A stretch of 58,212 bases of DNA, the filler included, from Sluysia triapertura (taxonomy: Eukaryota), in assembly GCA_046118255.1 (NCBI GenBank). It is 4 parts of 4 records of this genome, joined end to end, with 100 filler letters (N's around TTAATTAATTAA, not from the genome) between each part and the next. Parts side by side here need not be neighbours in the genome. Positions count along the whole stretch, not along the records: positions 26,396 to 40,984 come from JBJNIA010254302.1; 3 more parts are not named here. The stretch is one strand, 5' to 3'. Position numbers and translations under genes: made by a program. Below the pieces are notes generated by a model. It made no database searches. It saw only the letters and a list, made by a program, of their open reading frames with translations, and was not told the DNA's origin. Shown here one piece after another: positions 27,133 to 39,703 of this stretch (its first letter is position 1; each line of letters begins with the position of its first letter).

Positions 27133-30100
27133 TTAAAGGAATGGAATTATTGTTGTGGAATCCATTGGTGGTAATAAAGAAATATTTCGATGACAATGAT
27201 GCTGATGTTGATATTAAAAATACTAATAATCGATATATTGAAGTTGATTTTCAAGATAAAGGTGCAAGTAAAAACTTAATTCTGCCGCATGAAGTGGTTG
27301 AATATCACATGGCCGATGCAAATTATGCCGCGTTGATGCTGATTTCTGTTAAGGTTATATATCAATATGTTAAACATTAACATTTTGTTTAAATGAGATG
27401 TGCGCATTATCACTAATTGTCACTTTTGTAAATAACGAAACTTATTAAAATTAATTTTATAATTTTTATTCTGAAAAAAGGTCATTAATTTGGGACTTTC
27501 TTGTCCTTGTAAAATTTTTATTTATAATTTTTGTGTTTTATAATATTTTATAGTTTTAAGATCTGTTCACTAAACGTATTTTTAAAAATTGGATTATTTG
27601 GTCTCCAGATCATTTAACTTGGTGCTTAATTTTAATATAGCCTTGTAAAATGAAAAAATGAATAATAAATTGGTGATCATATTAATCAAATTTACAACTT
27701 GTAGGACGAGAATAGTGATTATGGAGCTCGAATTGATGTTCGACCTCTGGGTAATTCAAAATGGTCCGAATGGACTCAGTACTTGCCAGAAAAAGAATAT
27801 CCGATCTGTTGTGCTTTGGTTAGTAATCGATATGCTACAACACTAAGTAGTAATGGTATTCTTCGGTGGTTTTCGTTACTGAGTGGTGATTTAGTGGATC
27901 AAGAAAGTATACCGGGATCTCCTGTAACTATTGCAGGTTTTGGTTCATTATGTAGTGCCTATAACGATTTTTCACTTAACAGTGACCGTATTAGTAATTT
28001 GGAAAAGGATAGTCTTTTAGTTGTCACTGATTGGGGTAGTTCTGCTTTGTACTGTCGTTGTGATAGAATTAAAACACCTGTTCCTGGACAGTTACGAAGC
28101 ACTGTTTTGTATGAAAGTTTTGTTAATTGGATTCCAGTGTCTATTTCTAAAGGATCTACTTTAATTTGGATCGGGTAAGTTAAGTTGAATTAGCAATTAA
28201 CACTTTGATTGAAGATGCTTTGAAATTAATGTAAAGTTATTATTTCACGACATTCTAAAAATTTAATATTTATTGATATAGAACATGACTTCAATGAATT
28301 ATTTTTTAGTATATGATTACTGCAAACATCTTCCACAGAGAAGGAAATGTGTATATTGTAAAACATGATACCTGGTATTGAAATATATCAATCCGAAAAT
28401 ATATGCTTTTTTCGTTGCATTTTACGACAAGCTCTTTCAAATATTTAAAACTGCACGTTTTACGTTTTTCACAAATATTGTCATTCATTTCATTCACAAA
28501 AAATGTGGATGATATAAAATCGTATTCACGGTTGGTTCTAGGTATCATTTATTGACACCTTTGATTTCTGGTTTCACAGGTACTTCGAGAAAGTAAAATT
28601 TAAACTCAATATAAAACGAAAGCGTATTTCTGTATCAGTATTAAAAGTACTTTAAAATAGAAAGAGGGACAGACTAAATTTATAAATTATTCACTAAACT
28701 AGATTTATTAATATTGCCATGATTTGTTATTAGTTTTTCTGATACTGGAGCCATTTTCTCGGTGGATTCAAAAAATCAGGTTCGCAAACTGTTAGAGGAT
28801 CGATGGAAACCGGTATTGGACTTGAAGAAGAGTTTACCATCTGCTCAACGTATTACTGATCGTTATTTTCCAATTGGTGTGATGGATAAATGGCGTGGTG
28901 AAAGCGATAGTATACCTTGCGGTGTTATGAGTGTGTTGTGTTGTGGTACGCGATCTCCTCGACTCACGCCTCTTCCACATCTTACTGTGGTGCCGTTTAA
29001 AATCCCAGTATGTCCTCAGATAAGTGAAATCAATGTAAGTTCTTTGTATCATTTTTTCAATTTGCTCTTTCAATTTTTAATCATTCCGATAATACGCATA
29101 ATTTACAGATAAAAAAACAACTGTCACTTCTCAAAATACCTAATTGTGGGTTTATGCTCAAGATGTACGATATTATTTAACATTGAATTTATCATTTTTC
29201 AAATTATAAAATGTTTATACAAAATGATAAATGTTTTATTATTTTAATATATTGTAATATATTTACATTTTAATTTAGCACAGTATTTTGTACAATCATC
29301 ATATTTACGATTGGTCAGATTCAAATAATTACGATGAGTTACTTTTAAAAGAACAAAAGATGCTTCTTACATTGTTTGCTGTTAGTACTTTTAATTTCTT
29401 ATATATTTATCTAGACTTTTCATTATTTTATATGAAATAGTAATCAATTTATAATTTAATTTTAAAGACAATTAAATGTACATTGTTTTAATTTTTTAAG
29501 CGATAAAATATTTGTAAATATTCCTTTTGTTTAGTAATCTTTGAATTTCAAAATATTTTATTAATCATTGTGATTTTTAATTGTGATAGAAACACAATAT
29601 TTATAGTCTTCCAAAATCTGTTTGCATAACCTATTTATAAACATTTTTGCAAACCTTTTCAAATATTGGCATAAACAAATATGAAGATTTAACTTATTGT
29701 CTATATTGTATACTGATGCTTAATAATAGTATGTCTGCATGATTTATGTCTATTTACTAATTAAGCTTTAATTCAACTATTTTATAAAAAATAATAAGAC
29801 AAGCTCTATTTTTATAAATAAAGATAACTAGTTTTAACATTTAATTTATAGTATCATAAATGTACTTTCTAGAAACTTGATCACAAAAGTCAGGATTATT
29901 TGTATACTTCATATTACTTAGTCTATAATAGTTTATTAATTTTTAACGAGTTATAATCTGAAGTATATTCAAATAGATTATTTCGTATTTATAAGGCAAT
30001 TGTTTACATATTTGTACTATAATCCTGCTATCACTATGACAATTACACAAACAAGATTAAATAATATATATTTCAAATGAGAAAGTTATAAGTAATTATG

Positions 30101-33100
30101 CAATTTTGGAATTGAATTAAGGGCTTGAGAATTTTGATAAAATATTGATATAATTTCGATTTCACCACTAATATTAAATTTATAGTAATGTAAAAAATTA
30201 AAAAGTTATTAGTTTATGTTTTATATAATATGTATGTGTTTGTAATGAACTTTTAATTTCTGCTAATAATCTAAATTTCTTTATTCTTATTCTTTAGTAA
30301 TAACTTAAACTTTAATATTCTCACTTTATATTACTGGAGATACAATCTTTTATAAATGTAAAATTATTTAATGTAAAAATTTTTACTTTTTCGTTACTTT
30401 GACAAAATTCAAAATTTATATGTTTTATACTTTTTAATTAACTTCTTAAACTTTAAGTTTTATTTTAATTAGTTAAACAATTGTCTGGAGGTACAAATTC
30501 GTCCTAGTTGTTCAGGATAGAAGTGCTAAATAATCGGTTATGTAATTAAATTCTCAATACTAACTTACTATTTTTTTCGTCAAATTCATAGCTTGTTGTC
30601 TTAATTCAAATATTGAGGAAATTACTTGATTCTTTTAAATCACTATCTTTCATGAATTTTAGATTTTATTGTACGAGCTCTATTGTCAAGCCCTTTTACT
30701 TTATGTTTTAAATAGAAAAAATATAAAGAAACTCAAATGCTAAATATTTATTCAATAAATTTCAACTTTAAATTACAAAGTTTTTAATTTTTTAATTCAA
30801 ATATCATATAATAAGTACAATAAATTTATATTAATCTTAACCGAAAATAACATCCACTCACTTTTTATAACTTGATAAATAATCGAATGTAATGATAAGA
30901 TTTTTTAAAATAGCTCTAATACTATCCCAATAGGGACGTTCTATAAAGACCTTTATCAGTGCACAATAATTTATATTTCGAATATAACCGTGTTTTGTTT
31001 TGGTTTTCTGTTTTAAGTTCTTAGTGTATTTATACTATTATCAATTAATCATAATTCAGTACATTATAATAACCCAAAATACTTCGATAAATTAATTACA
31101 ATCATAGAACAACCAATTTAAACAAATGATTTAATATTTTCGGTGCACAATAATTCTATAAAATCATAATACATATAATTTATTATTTTAACATAATTAT
31201 TGTAATAATATAAACTAATTTATCAATAACTTCTAATTCAAACTGAATATAATCAATAACTTCAAACTAAATAATAGTTGTATCATTTTCGGTCAAAATT
31301 TGATTTTATATTACTGATAATTAAATTTTAAATTCATATTACTGTTACTGATTTTTGTTTGATTATAATTCTTTCAAAAAAAATTAGGTATAATTCTATT
31401 AATGTTTATCAATTTTAATTTCATATTGTCTTTATTGAATCTTACTTGAAGATTGTTATTTAATTTGATTGTTAGTAAATTTTGAATTTATATTAACTAT
31501 ATTGTAATCTCATTTTAAATTGATACTAAAGCATTATACTCTTAGTAATTTTTTGAGCAATATTATTTTAATATTATACTTTATCATATCATTAAAAATT
31601 TTTAAAATGAACATTATTTATTTACAAAATGCTAAAGGTGAAATGAGTATGATATTTAAAATTCTTTTACAATTTACAAAACAAAATATTACAGTAAATT
31701 ATACGTTTTTGATCTTTAAAATTGTTTCATTAGGTCTTGGGTGAATAAACAATACCAAGTGTCTTTAATTTTTTGGCATAAAGTTAAGATATTAATCTGA
31801 TTATATTATTCGTATAGCTTTCTGCTAGTGTCTTATAATTAAAAAGATCCAGTTTCTAGTAATTTGGGGCCAATCTATTTTGATAATAAGGTAAATATGA
31901 CTATGTTATTACACATTTTATAGTTATTTAACAAAAACTTCATCTTACACCAATTTTCAGGCCATTTCGTCATTCTTGCAAGCAATTTTGTCAACTTAAA
32001 AATAAAATTAATTTATTATTTAAACTTTCAAAAATTATTTTAAAATGATGTTATTAGCTTTATATATATTAAAAAATTAATAATCAGTAATTGGTTCTCC
32101 CGCTAAACATCTAACGTATTGCTTCCATTGGAAAACATATTTTCAATTGGATTGAGAAAAAGCAGGAATATTGTGCAATTTATTCTCGCTTCAGAGACCG
32201 ATATTTCAAAATCATTCATGCACCTCTGTTTCAGTTTTATCAACGGAACTGAGCAATCCTGATGGATCCATTCTTTTATTTTAGCCTTTTGAGGGATTGT
32301 TAATTTTGGTGCACGGTCTTATCCAGGACGTTTGACCATTACTTAGCCAGTTTTATTGTATAGCGTAATAAAGCTACTAGCGGTGGTCCTTTTAATACCC
32401 ATGATAACTCCAAATAGGAATCTATTTGTCTATCTGGATTTGTAATTTTTGCATAAGGATTTCTGGTTTTGTTTAATTCAGACATACGATAAAGCTAATA
32501 ACATTTTAAAATTATTTTTTAAATTTTAAATTTATTTTAAATATTAAATTAATTTTATTTTTAAGTTGACGAAATTGCTTGCAAGAATTACGAAATGGCA
32601 TGAAAAATAGTGTAAAATAAAGCTAATACGACGCATTAATTTTAAAAAATGTATCAAAAGAAATTTTCTTAAATTAAGATTTAAACAAAAGAAACAAAAA
32701 CATAATATAATAAACATTGAGTGGAATTCACTACACTTAATTATCAAATCGCGGAAGCTATGGAACAGACGTTAGTACTGGAAGGACCAAAAAACATGAT
32801 TTTAAAATAGAAATGAATGAACAAATGTAAACTGAAAAAACTACATGGTTTCATATGAATACATAAAAATTATAGCTAAACTAATATGTAAATTTTTAAA
32901 TTAGGATGTGATTTAGGATGCCTTATCCTTAACCTAAGTTCTCTATGATACTGGACTTACTGAAGGGCCAGCACATAGGTTCGCAGATTTTAAGAAAGAA
33001 GAGATAAGAACTTGATGTTTATATTGATATTTAATTATGTTTCTTAGATCCAAATAATTATTGTTTTTCTTCAATTAAGATTTTACTATAATTTGGAAAA

Positions 33101-35498
33101 TAGCCAGTATTCAAAGAATTGTCAGTATTAATTCAAATATTATGCTACTTAGCAAGCTTATTTTATTCAAAATATTACCAATTATCAAAAACACAAATTC
33201 TAACATTATGAATTATTTATATAAAAAATACAAATACATAAAAGTTTAAACACTTATACAATTAATAAATAGCAAATTGTTAATTATCAAATAAACTTAG
33301 AAAGTGTCAAACATATACAAAATTCTATGCAAAAATTAAAAGTTCATTTATATAAATGTTGAATAGTATTAATTTAATATGTCAAATGTAGCGATTTAGA
33401 TTTGCTATTTATAGTGTTTCTAAATATTATTTTTTGTAATTCTATTAATAAAATAGTAACTTTAATAATTAATACAATTTTTTAAATTAATTATTATATT
33501 TTTACTATATTTAAATACTATTTTAATAATTTCTTAACAATTTAATATTTTTAAAATAATTTAATATTTTTTAATAAATACATTAATAATTTTAATATTT
33601 AAATTTAATACATTAATAATTTAAAATAATATTTAAAATATGAAAAATACAATAAAATACACACAATATACATAAAATTATAATAATATATAATACGTTA
33701 CAATAATATTGTAGAAGAAAATTAATTAATATATAGTTGAAAAAGGTTATTTATTACAATAAATAAATAAAAATCATTTATACGATATTAACTGGGAAAA
33801 AAATGACCATGTAATATAATTTACTGCAATGAGAAATTAATTGCAGAAAAATTATTATTGAATAGGATTGAAGAATTTTTTAGCTATAAAATAAATTTAA
33901 AATCGGGTAACTTAATAAGCATTATAAAATTAATTAATTAATTACAAGGAAAGATCAAACGAGACTTTGATTTATTTTCTAAAATTATATAATTAAACAA
34001 TTGGACTAATTTTATTTTTCGTGAATTATTAAATGTGCCAGGATTTTCTATTAGTATGAATTTATTATTTCAGAGCAAAATGATAAGTAAGGGGCCCGCC
34101 TATATTGAGTCATATCTTTATACTTCTGAGTCTTTAATCAAAATCTTAGAGTAACTCTACTACTACTTACTGATACAACACTGCTTAATCTGAGTTTTTT
34201 ATTTGGTACAGGTAATCTGATGCGCAATGTATGTGGACTTATTCGTGTTTACAATATTATAATCGTACGATAGGGCCAATGGTATATAGTAATAACGACA
34301 TATGAATGTCTGATAAAAAATTTGGGTAAATTCTTATTTAACTAGTTTACGTTGCTCAATTTTTAGTTTTCTCGTTAAAATTGTTTAAAGTTATGCTAAC
34401 ATTTTTCAATGAACTCTAATGAATAAACAATAATAGAAATAATAAATTATTATAATTTTATTCTAAATTTTGAAGGTAGCCTGAAATTTCCTGCATCTTA
34501 AACCTTGATGTAACTTAACAAGTATAAACATACAAAAATAAATCACAAAATTAAGTACATCTGAAACTATTTAGAACTATTTACTAATTCAAAAAGGAAT
34601 TAGTATTGCCAACAAAATTGGCCACAAATGGACTTGTGTCGTAATATTCAATCTTAAGGTATCTCTGAATCACTAACAATTTATATTACTAACAATCTTA
34701 ATTTAATGGGTGTTGTGCCCTGATTATTTTGTGATCTTTACTATTATTCTAATTATTAATTATCATAATTATATTTATTATAATTTATTATTAATACATA
34801 TTACTCTATTATCATTACCATTATTATAAGGTTAGTACCTGACAAATATATATTCAATTTATAGGTATTCCATTTTAGAATTTCTTCGGCAATGGATTCA
34901 CTATACAATGATTTCCCACATACATCTTCAAAAGTTTATAAAAGTAGTTTTAATAGATAGCTATATGCGAAGAATTATTTAACAATTTATAGTAATTCTT
35001 TTGATTTTGTTTATTGTGACTATATTGTTTACTTAAAATAGTCGACTGTATTATATTAAAATCATTGTGTTATGTATTATTGTTTATAATTATTATATTT
35101 TATTTTCGATCATTTATAGTTATAATAATCTAACTATATTCTTTGCAGATATATAAAAATTTATTTGCATTAATTGATATTGATTATATTACTTATATAA
35201 TTTTTTGTTAAGATGTGTCTAAATAAAAATGAAGATTCACGTGCTTTTGGTCTTGCAAAATTAATGCCAGATTCTCGTACTGTAAATATGGCGATTCAGT
35301 GTGCTGCTAAATGTCACAAACGAGTATTAGTTCAACGACTTGGTGAATTGGCATTAGAATTAGACAAACAAGAACTAATATATAGACAAGACAAATCTGT
35401 CGAAATGAAACAATTTAATTACAGTGACCCGATAGAAATTCTCAAAAAACAAATATTTGATGCATCACAAAGTACTGTTTTAATTTTTAATTTGTTTC

Positions 35499-35577
<79 letters not shown>

Positions 35578-35814
35578 GAGTCAGTTGATAATGAAGAGAC
35601 GCAAATTGATGATTATAAAGAAAATGAAATGAATCAAACTTCAGAAACTGCAGGTCTAGTTAATTTATTAAATAAATTAGATGATGATAATGATGAGACC
35701 GATTTAGATGAAGATAGATCAACTTTTCAGCAATCGCAAACTGCTCCAAATCAATATAAAATAAGTAAATCACCATTTATAGTTAGTTATTACTATTACT
35801 ATTATTATTATAAC

Positions 35815-35875
<61 letters not shown>

Positions 35876-36133
35876 CATAAATAGAAAGCTTTGTCGAATG
35901 ACACATCAGCTCCGGTTGAATTGGATAATATAATAAATGGTAATAAGTCCACATCTGATAAAAAGTCGAATAGTAAATTCAATTCGTCTACGATATTTGG
36001 TCAATTTAAACCAACTATTCCACCACATAAGAAAACATTCGTATTAAAAAAAAAGTCTGTTGCACGTAAAAAGAATGATAATGATGCCGATAAAGATGAA
36101 AGTAGTCCAGTCGCCAAAATGATGAAATTCTAG
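27133..36133 (+). CDS. WDHD1: WD repeat and HMG-box DNA-binding protein 1 (AND-1/Ctf4), 3' part: exons 27133-27353, 27705-28174, 28734-29034, 29279-29380, 35213-35471, 35579-35781, 35885-36133
   Basis: GT-AG exons join in frame into the SepB domain: LLWNPLVVIKKY..IEVDFQD..; EWTQYLPEKEYPICCAL..GSPVTIAG..; LIWIG|FSDTGAIFSVDS..WKPV..PFKIPVC; KEQKMLLTLFA|MCLNKNEDSRAFGLAKLM..AIQCA..LVQRLGELA. Colinear with AND-1/Ctf4 as remembered. Ends with TAG at 36131-36133. N-terminal WD40 exons are not on this scaffold. Confidence 0.9.
31948..32612 (-). mobile_element. Internally deleted IS630/Tc1-like (DD37E/TRT-like) transposon with long TIRs, inside the WDHD1 intron
   Basis: TA-flanked; ~110-bp imperfect TIRs (CACCAATTTTCAGGCCATTTCG... 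/ ...CGAAATGGCATGAAAAATAGTG). Minus-strand frames GIKRTTASSFITLYNKTG..KLTIPQKAKIKEWIHQD..ISVSEARI and FLNPIENMFS/WKQYVR (cf. YSPFLNPIE..FS.WK). Confidence 0.85.
32885..33700 (+). repeat. Long direct repeat, copy 1 (in WDHD1 intron)
   Basis: Highly similar to 37405-38627 (e.g. CTGAAGGGCCAGCACATAG...TTTTAAGAAAGAAGAGATAAGAAC... through ...ACGTTACA). Confidence 0.9.
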
Positions 36134-37404
36134 TTAAATTTAATTTATTAGACTTCTGGAATTTATTATTTTTTTACATTAATGTTTGATAAGTTACAAT
36201 AAAAATAATGTCAAATAAATTAATTTAAAAGTTAACTAAAGAAATTAAAAATAGAATGTAAGAAATATGTACTTGAAATTTGCGCACTAAGCCTCAAAAA
36301 GATCATAAGTTAATAAAAATACATAAATATATACAAACAACTGCAAGATTCTTTCATTCCAGGTTATTTGCGAGTTACATTACCAAACTAATATTACAGA
36401 GTAAATACTATAAAATATATGAAATTTCGTCATAATATTACGATCATATATATTATGTTACTAGAAAACACTATAGAGACAAAAATAAAATTTATACAAA
36501 ATCTAATTATAAAATTAGAAGAATTTAATATCGCATTTATTCAAATTGACGTTTTTAAATTTATCATTCACATTGAATTGATTTGAACTAACTATATTGA
36601 TTTTTTTATTTAAAATCAATAGAATTTTGTTTGGGTGAACGCGTTTAGTGAATTTAGATTTAAATATCATGAAACTGAAATTAAATTGTGTTTATTGTAA
36701 TATAATGTTCATTTATTTTTAAATTTATCAAAATTTTAAATCAAATCTAAAGTCCATTTAATTGGAATTCATTTCTTTAAATAAATTAGAATCATAGTAT
36801 TGCTTTTATATCAATTTAAAATGAAATTTAATAGAGTTAATATAAATTCGAAATTCAACAGCAAATAGAAACCCATTTTAAATTGAAATTAAACGAATGA
36901 TAGATTCTATAAAGAGAGTGCAAAATCATACTTTAAGAACATAAAGCACAATAAAAATCATTTTAATACGTAAGTTATAATTATGTTAAACTGAGATTGA
37001 ATAAAACTTGATTTAATTCAAAATTAGTAACATTATTCTCGATTAAAATTAACTTAAATTAAAGATTGGGCAGAACAGGGAAATAAATTATTCAGAAAAA
37101 AATTAGTATTACTATTTATTACTTGTATATATTTGCTAACTACTATTATTAATGTTTGAATAATAACTAGTTATATTACAAAAATTATATTCATACAAAA
37201 TAAAAATTCTAAAAATTAATTATTTAAAGCTTAACAAAAAACAGTATAAATACTGTTACCGAAAATAAAAAGCACCGAGTTAATAGAAGGCAAGGTTAAT
37301 TATAAGTGGAAGCTGAATGTGGTGCCCAAGTTATTCATAAATTCTCAATTACAAATATTTCATACACATTACAACCTCGCTACATTTTGCATGCACGATA
37401 TATA

Positions 37405-38627
37405 TAATGGAAATTTTAGATTCGGATGTCATTAAGATTTTGATTTTGGATTAAGTCTTATCATTAACGTTAGGTCTCTGTGATACTTGACTTACTCACT
37501 GAAGGGCCAGCACATAGATTCGAAGATTTTAAGAAAGAAGAGATAAGAACTGGATGTTTATATTGATATTTAATTCTCTTTCTTAGATCTATATAATTAT
37601 TATTTTTCTTCAATTAAGATTTGGAAAATAGTCAGTATTTAAAGAATTATCCGTATTAATTCAAATTAAGATTTTAAGATTTTACTACAATTTGGAAAAT
37701 AGGCAGTATTCAAAGAATTGTCAATATTAATTCAAATATTATGCTACTTAGCAAGCTTATTTTATTCAAAATATTACCAATTATCAAAACACAAATTCTA
37801 ATATTATGAATTATTTATTGAAAAACAACAAATACATAAAAGTTTAAACACTTATACAATTAATAAAAGGCAAATTGTTAATTATCAAATAAACTTAGAA
37901 AGTGTCAAACATATACAAAAATCTATGCAAAAATTAAAAGTTCATTTATATAAATGTTGAATAGTATTAATTTAATATGTCAAATGTCAAAAATTAAAAA
38001 TTTGTCTATATTATAGGGATAAATGTTGAACAAGATTAATATATAATTAATATGTTGTGATTGAATGTTAATAAATAATTTTTTACTGTATTAAATATGC
38101 TTTTAGTTTATAAATTAAATTTGAGTCTATTTTATATAATTACAAATTAACTTCACTTAAAAAAGCATAAAACTAACCATTAATATAAATTAATTTTTCC
38201 AAATATCAATAATTTTTTTAAACAAATAAGTTTCTTTTCTCCAGATATAAATGAATTGTCAATATCATTAAAAAATATATTTTTAAACTTTTAAAATTCA
38301 AATTATATTTATGATTTTGTAGCGATTTAGATTCGCGATTTATAGTGTTTCTAAATATTATTTTTAGTAGTTCTATTAATAAAATAGTAACTTTAATAAT
38401 TAAAACAAATTTTTAAATTAATTATTATATTTTTAATAATATATTTTTTAAATACTATTTTAATAACTTCTTAACAATTTAATGTTTTTAAAATAATTTA
38501 ATATTTTTAATAAATACATTAATAATTTTAATATTTAATACATTAATAATTTAAAATAATATTTAAAATATCAAAAATACTATAAAATACACACAATATG
38601 CATAATTAAAATATTATATACGTTACA
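37405..38627 (+). repeat. Long direct repeat, copy 2 (downstream of WDHD1), with ~330 bp extra internal sequence and a short internal duplication
   Basis: Colinear with 32885-33700; extra segment ~37988-38318 bounded by TGT microhomology. Confidence 0.9.
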
Positions 38628-39229
38628 TATCTAAAGACGTAACATTATTATTCGTTTGTGTAATTTGTGTTTTTAATCATTTGTGGTAATTTTATTTATT
38701 GGTATTCAGAAATATATTCAGAACATATATTTCTCCTTAAAATTTAACTAGAATCTTCTTTACTATTTTTAATTGACAAAAATTATCATACAATAATCCC
38801 CCTTGCTCTTTGAAATTAAAAATTTTATAACCCTTTTAAAGCTTATTAAAATTAAGAAGATAATTCAATATTAACGGTAACAATAGCTAAAAATGTTTTG
38901 TTCAGCAATTAAGATAAAATAAAATTAATTTCTTATATTAAATTGTGCTTAATGTAGAACAAAAATTTCAATTATGAATTTAGTAGTAGTCTTAAATTAC
39001 TATAAAAAAGAGATCAAAGTATTTTAAGGTGGATTTTATTCCTTGTCGTAATCAAGGCAACTTTATTAAATACAAACTTACGATAACAGAATTAAAAGTT
39101 TTGAGGGAAACTGGTTGTGTGCAATGTGTAACTAAAATAATTAATTCACCAAATTAAATAGCTTAAAAATATTGCAAGTGCTTTTTCTCTTAAAAGAACT
39201 TAACATACTTACAAAATATCTGATGAGTC

Positions 39230-39703
39230 GGCCCGCCTAATATACACTGTTTATACCACTATTGGAGATGTGCTATTAGGATTTTTATAACTTATACTTA
39301 ACTTAAAATATTTAAAAACTTTTTGCTTACATCTTACTGTGTATATGACAATAATTAATTGCTTATGTCTCTTCGATTAATTTATAATGCAACCCTTTAC
39401 GAGGTGTTGTTTAATTAAAATTACAAATTTTACTTGTACGCAACCCATAATAAGGTGTTGCTCTTCAAAATAAATATAGATTACAAAATCTGTATTAAGG
39501 TGCTGCTTTAAAGAAAAATCAATTTATTAAATTTACTAAATTCATTTAAAATAAAATTAACCCTCTTAAGATATATTACACTTAAAAATATACAACTTTT
39601 AACAAACAAATAATTATAATAATATTTTATACAACAACTCAACCTCGGTTGGTTGTTAATGTTTTTTGCGATTATATTTTGCAACTCTTTTTAAGGTGTT
39701 GCA
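39230..39703 (+). repeat. Repeat element with GGCCCGCCTA..CTATTAGGATTTT head and an array of GCAAC..GGTGTTGC imperfect palindromes
   Basis: Motifs at 39388, 39439, 39483 (degenerate), ~39634 (variant) and 39680; head shared with 40677-40730. Confidence 0.55.

Noticed and set aside
39103-39180. RanBP2-type zinc finger (GNWLCAMCN)
   Set aside because: Immediately followed by stops; the second Cys pair is not in frame; too short to support.
39220-39260. Hammerhead ribozyme at CTGATGAGTC
   Set aside because: No stem II closure or downstream GAAA.
39388-39703. True CRISPR array
   Set aside because: Eukaryotic context, no cas genes, repeats too divergent and irregularly spaced; kept only as a palindrome array.
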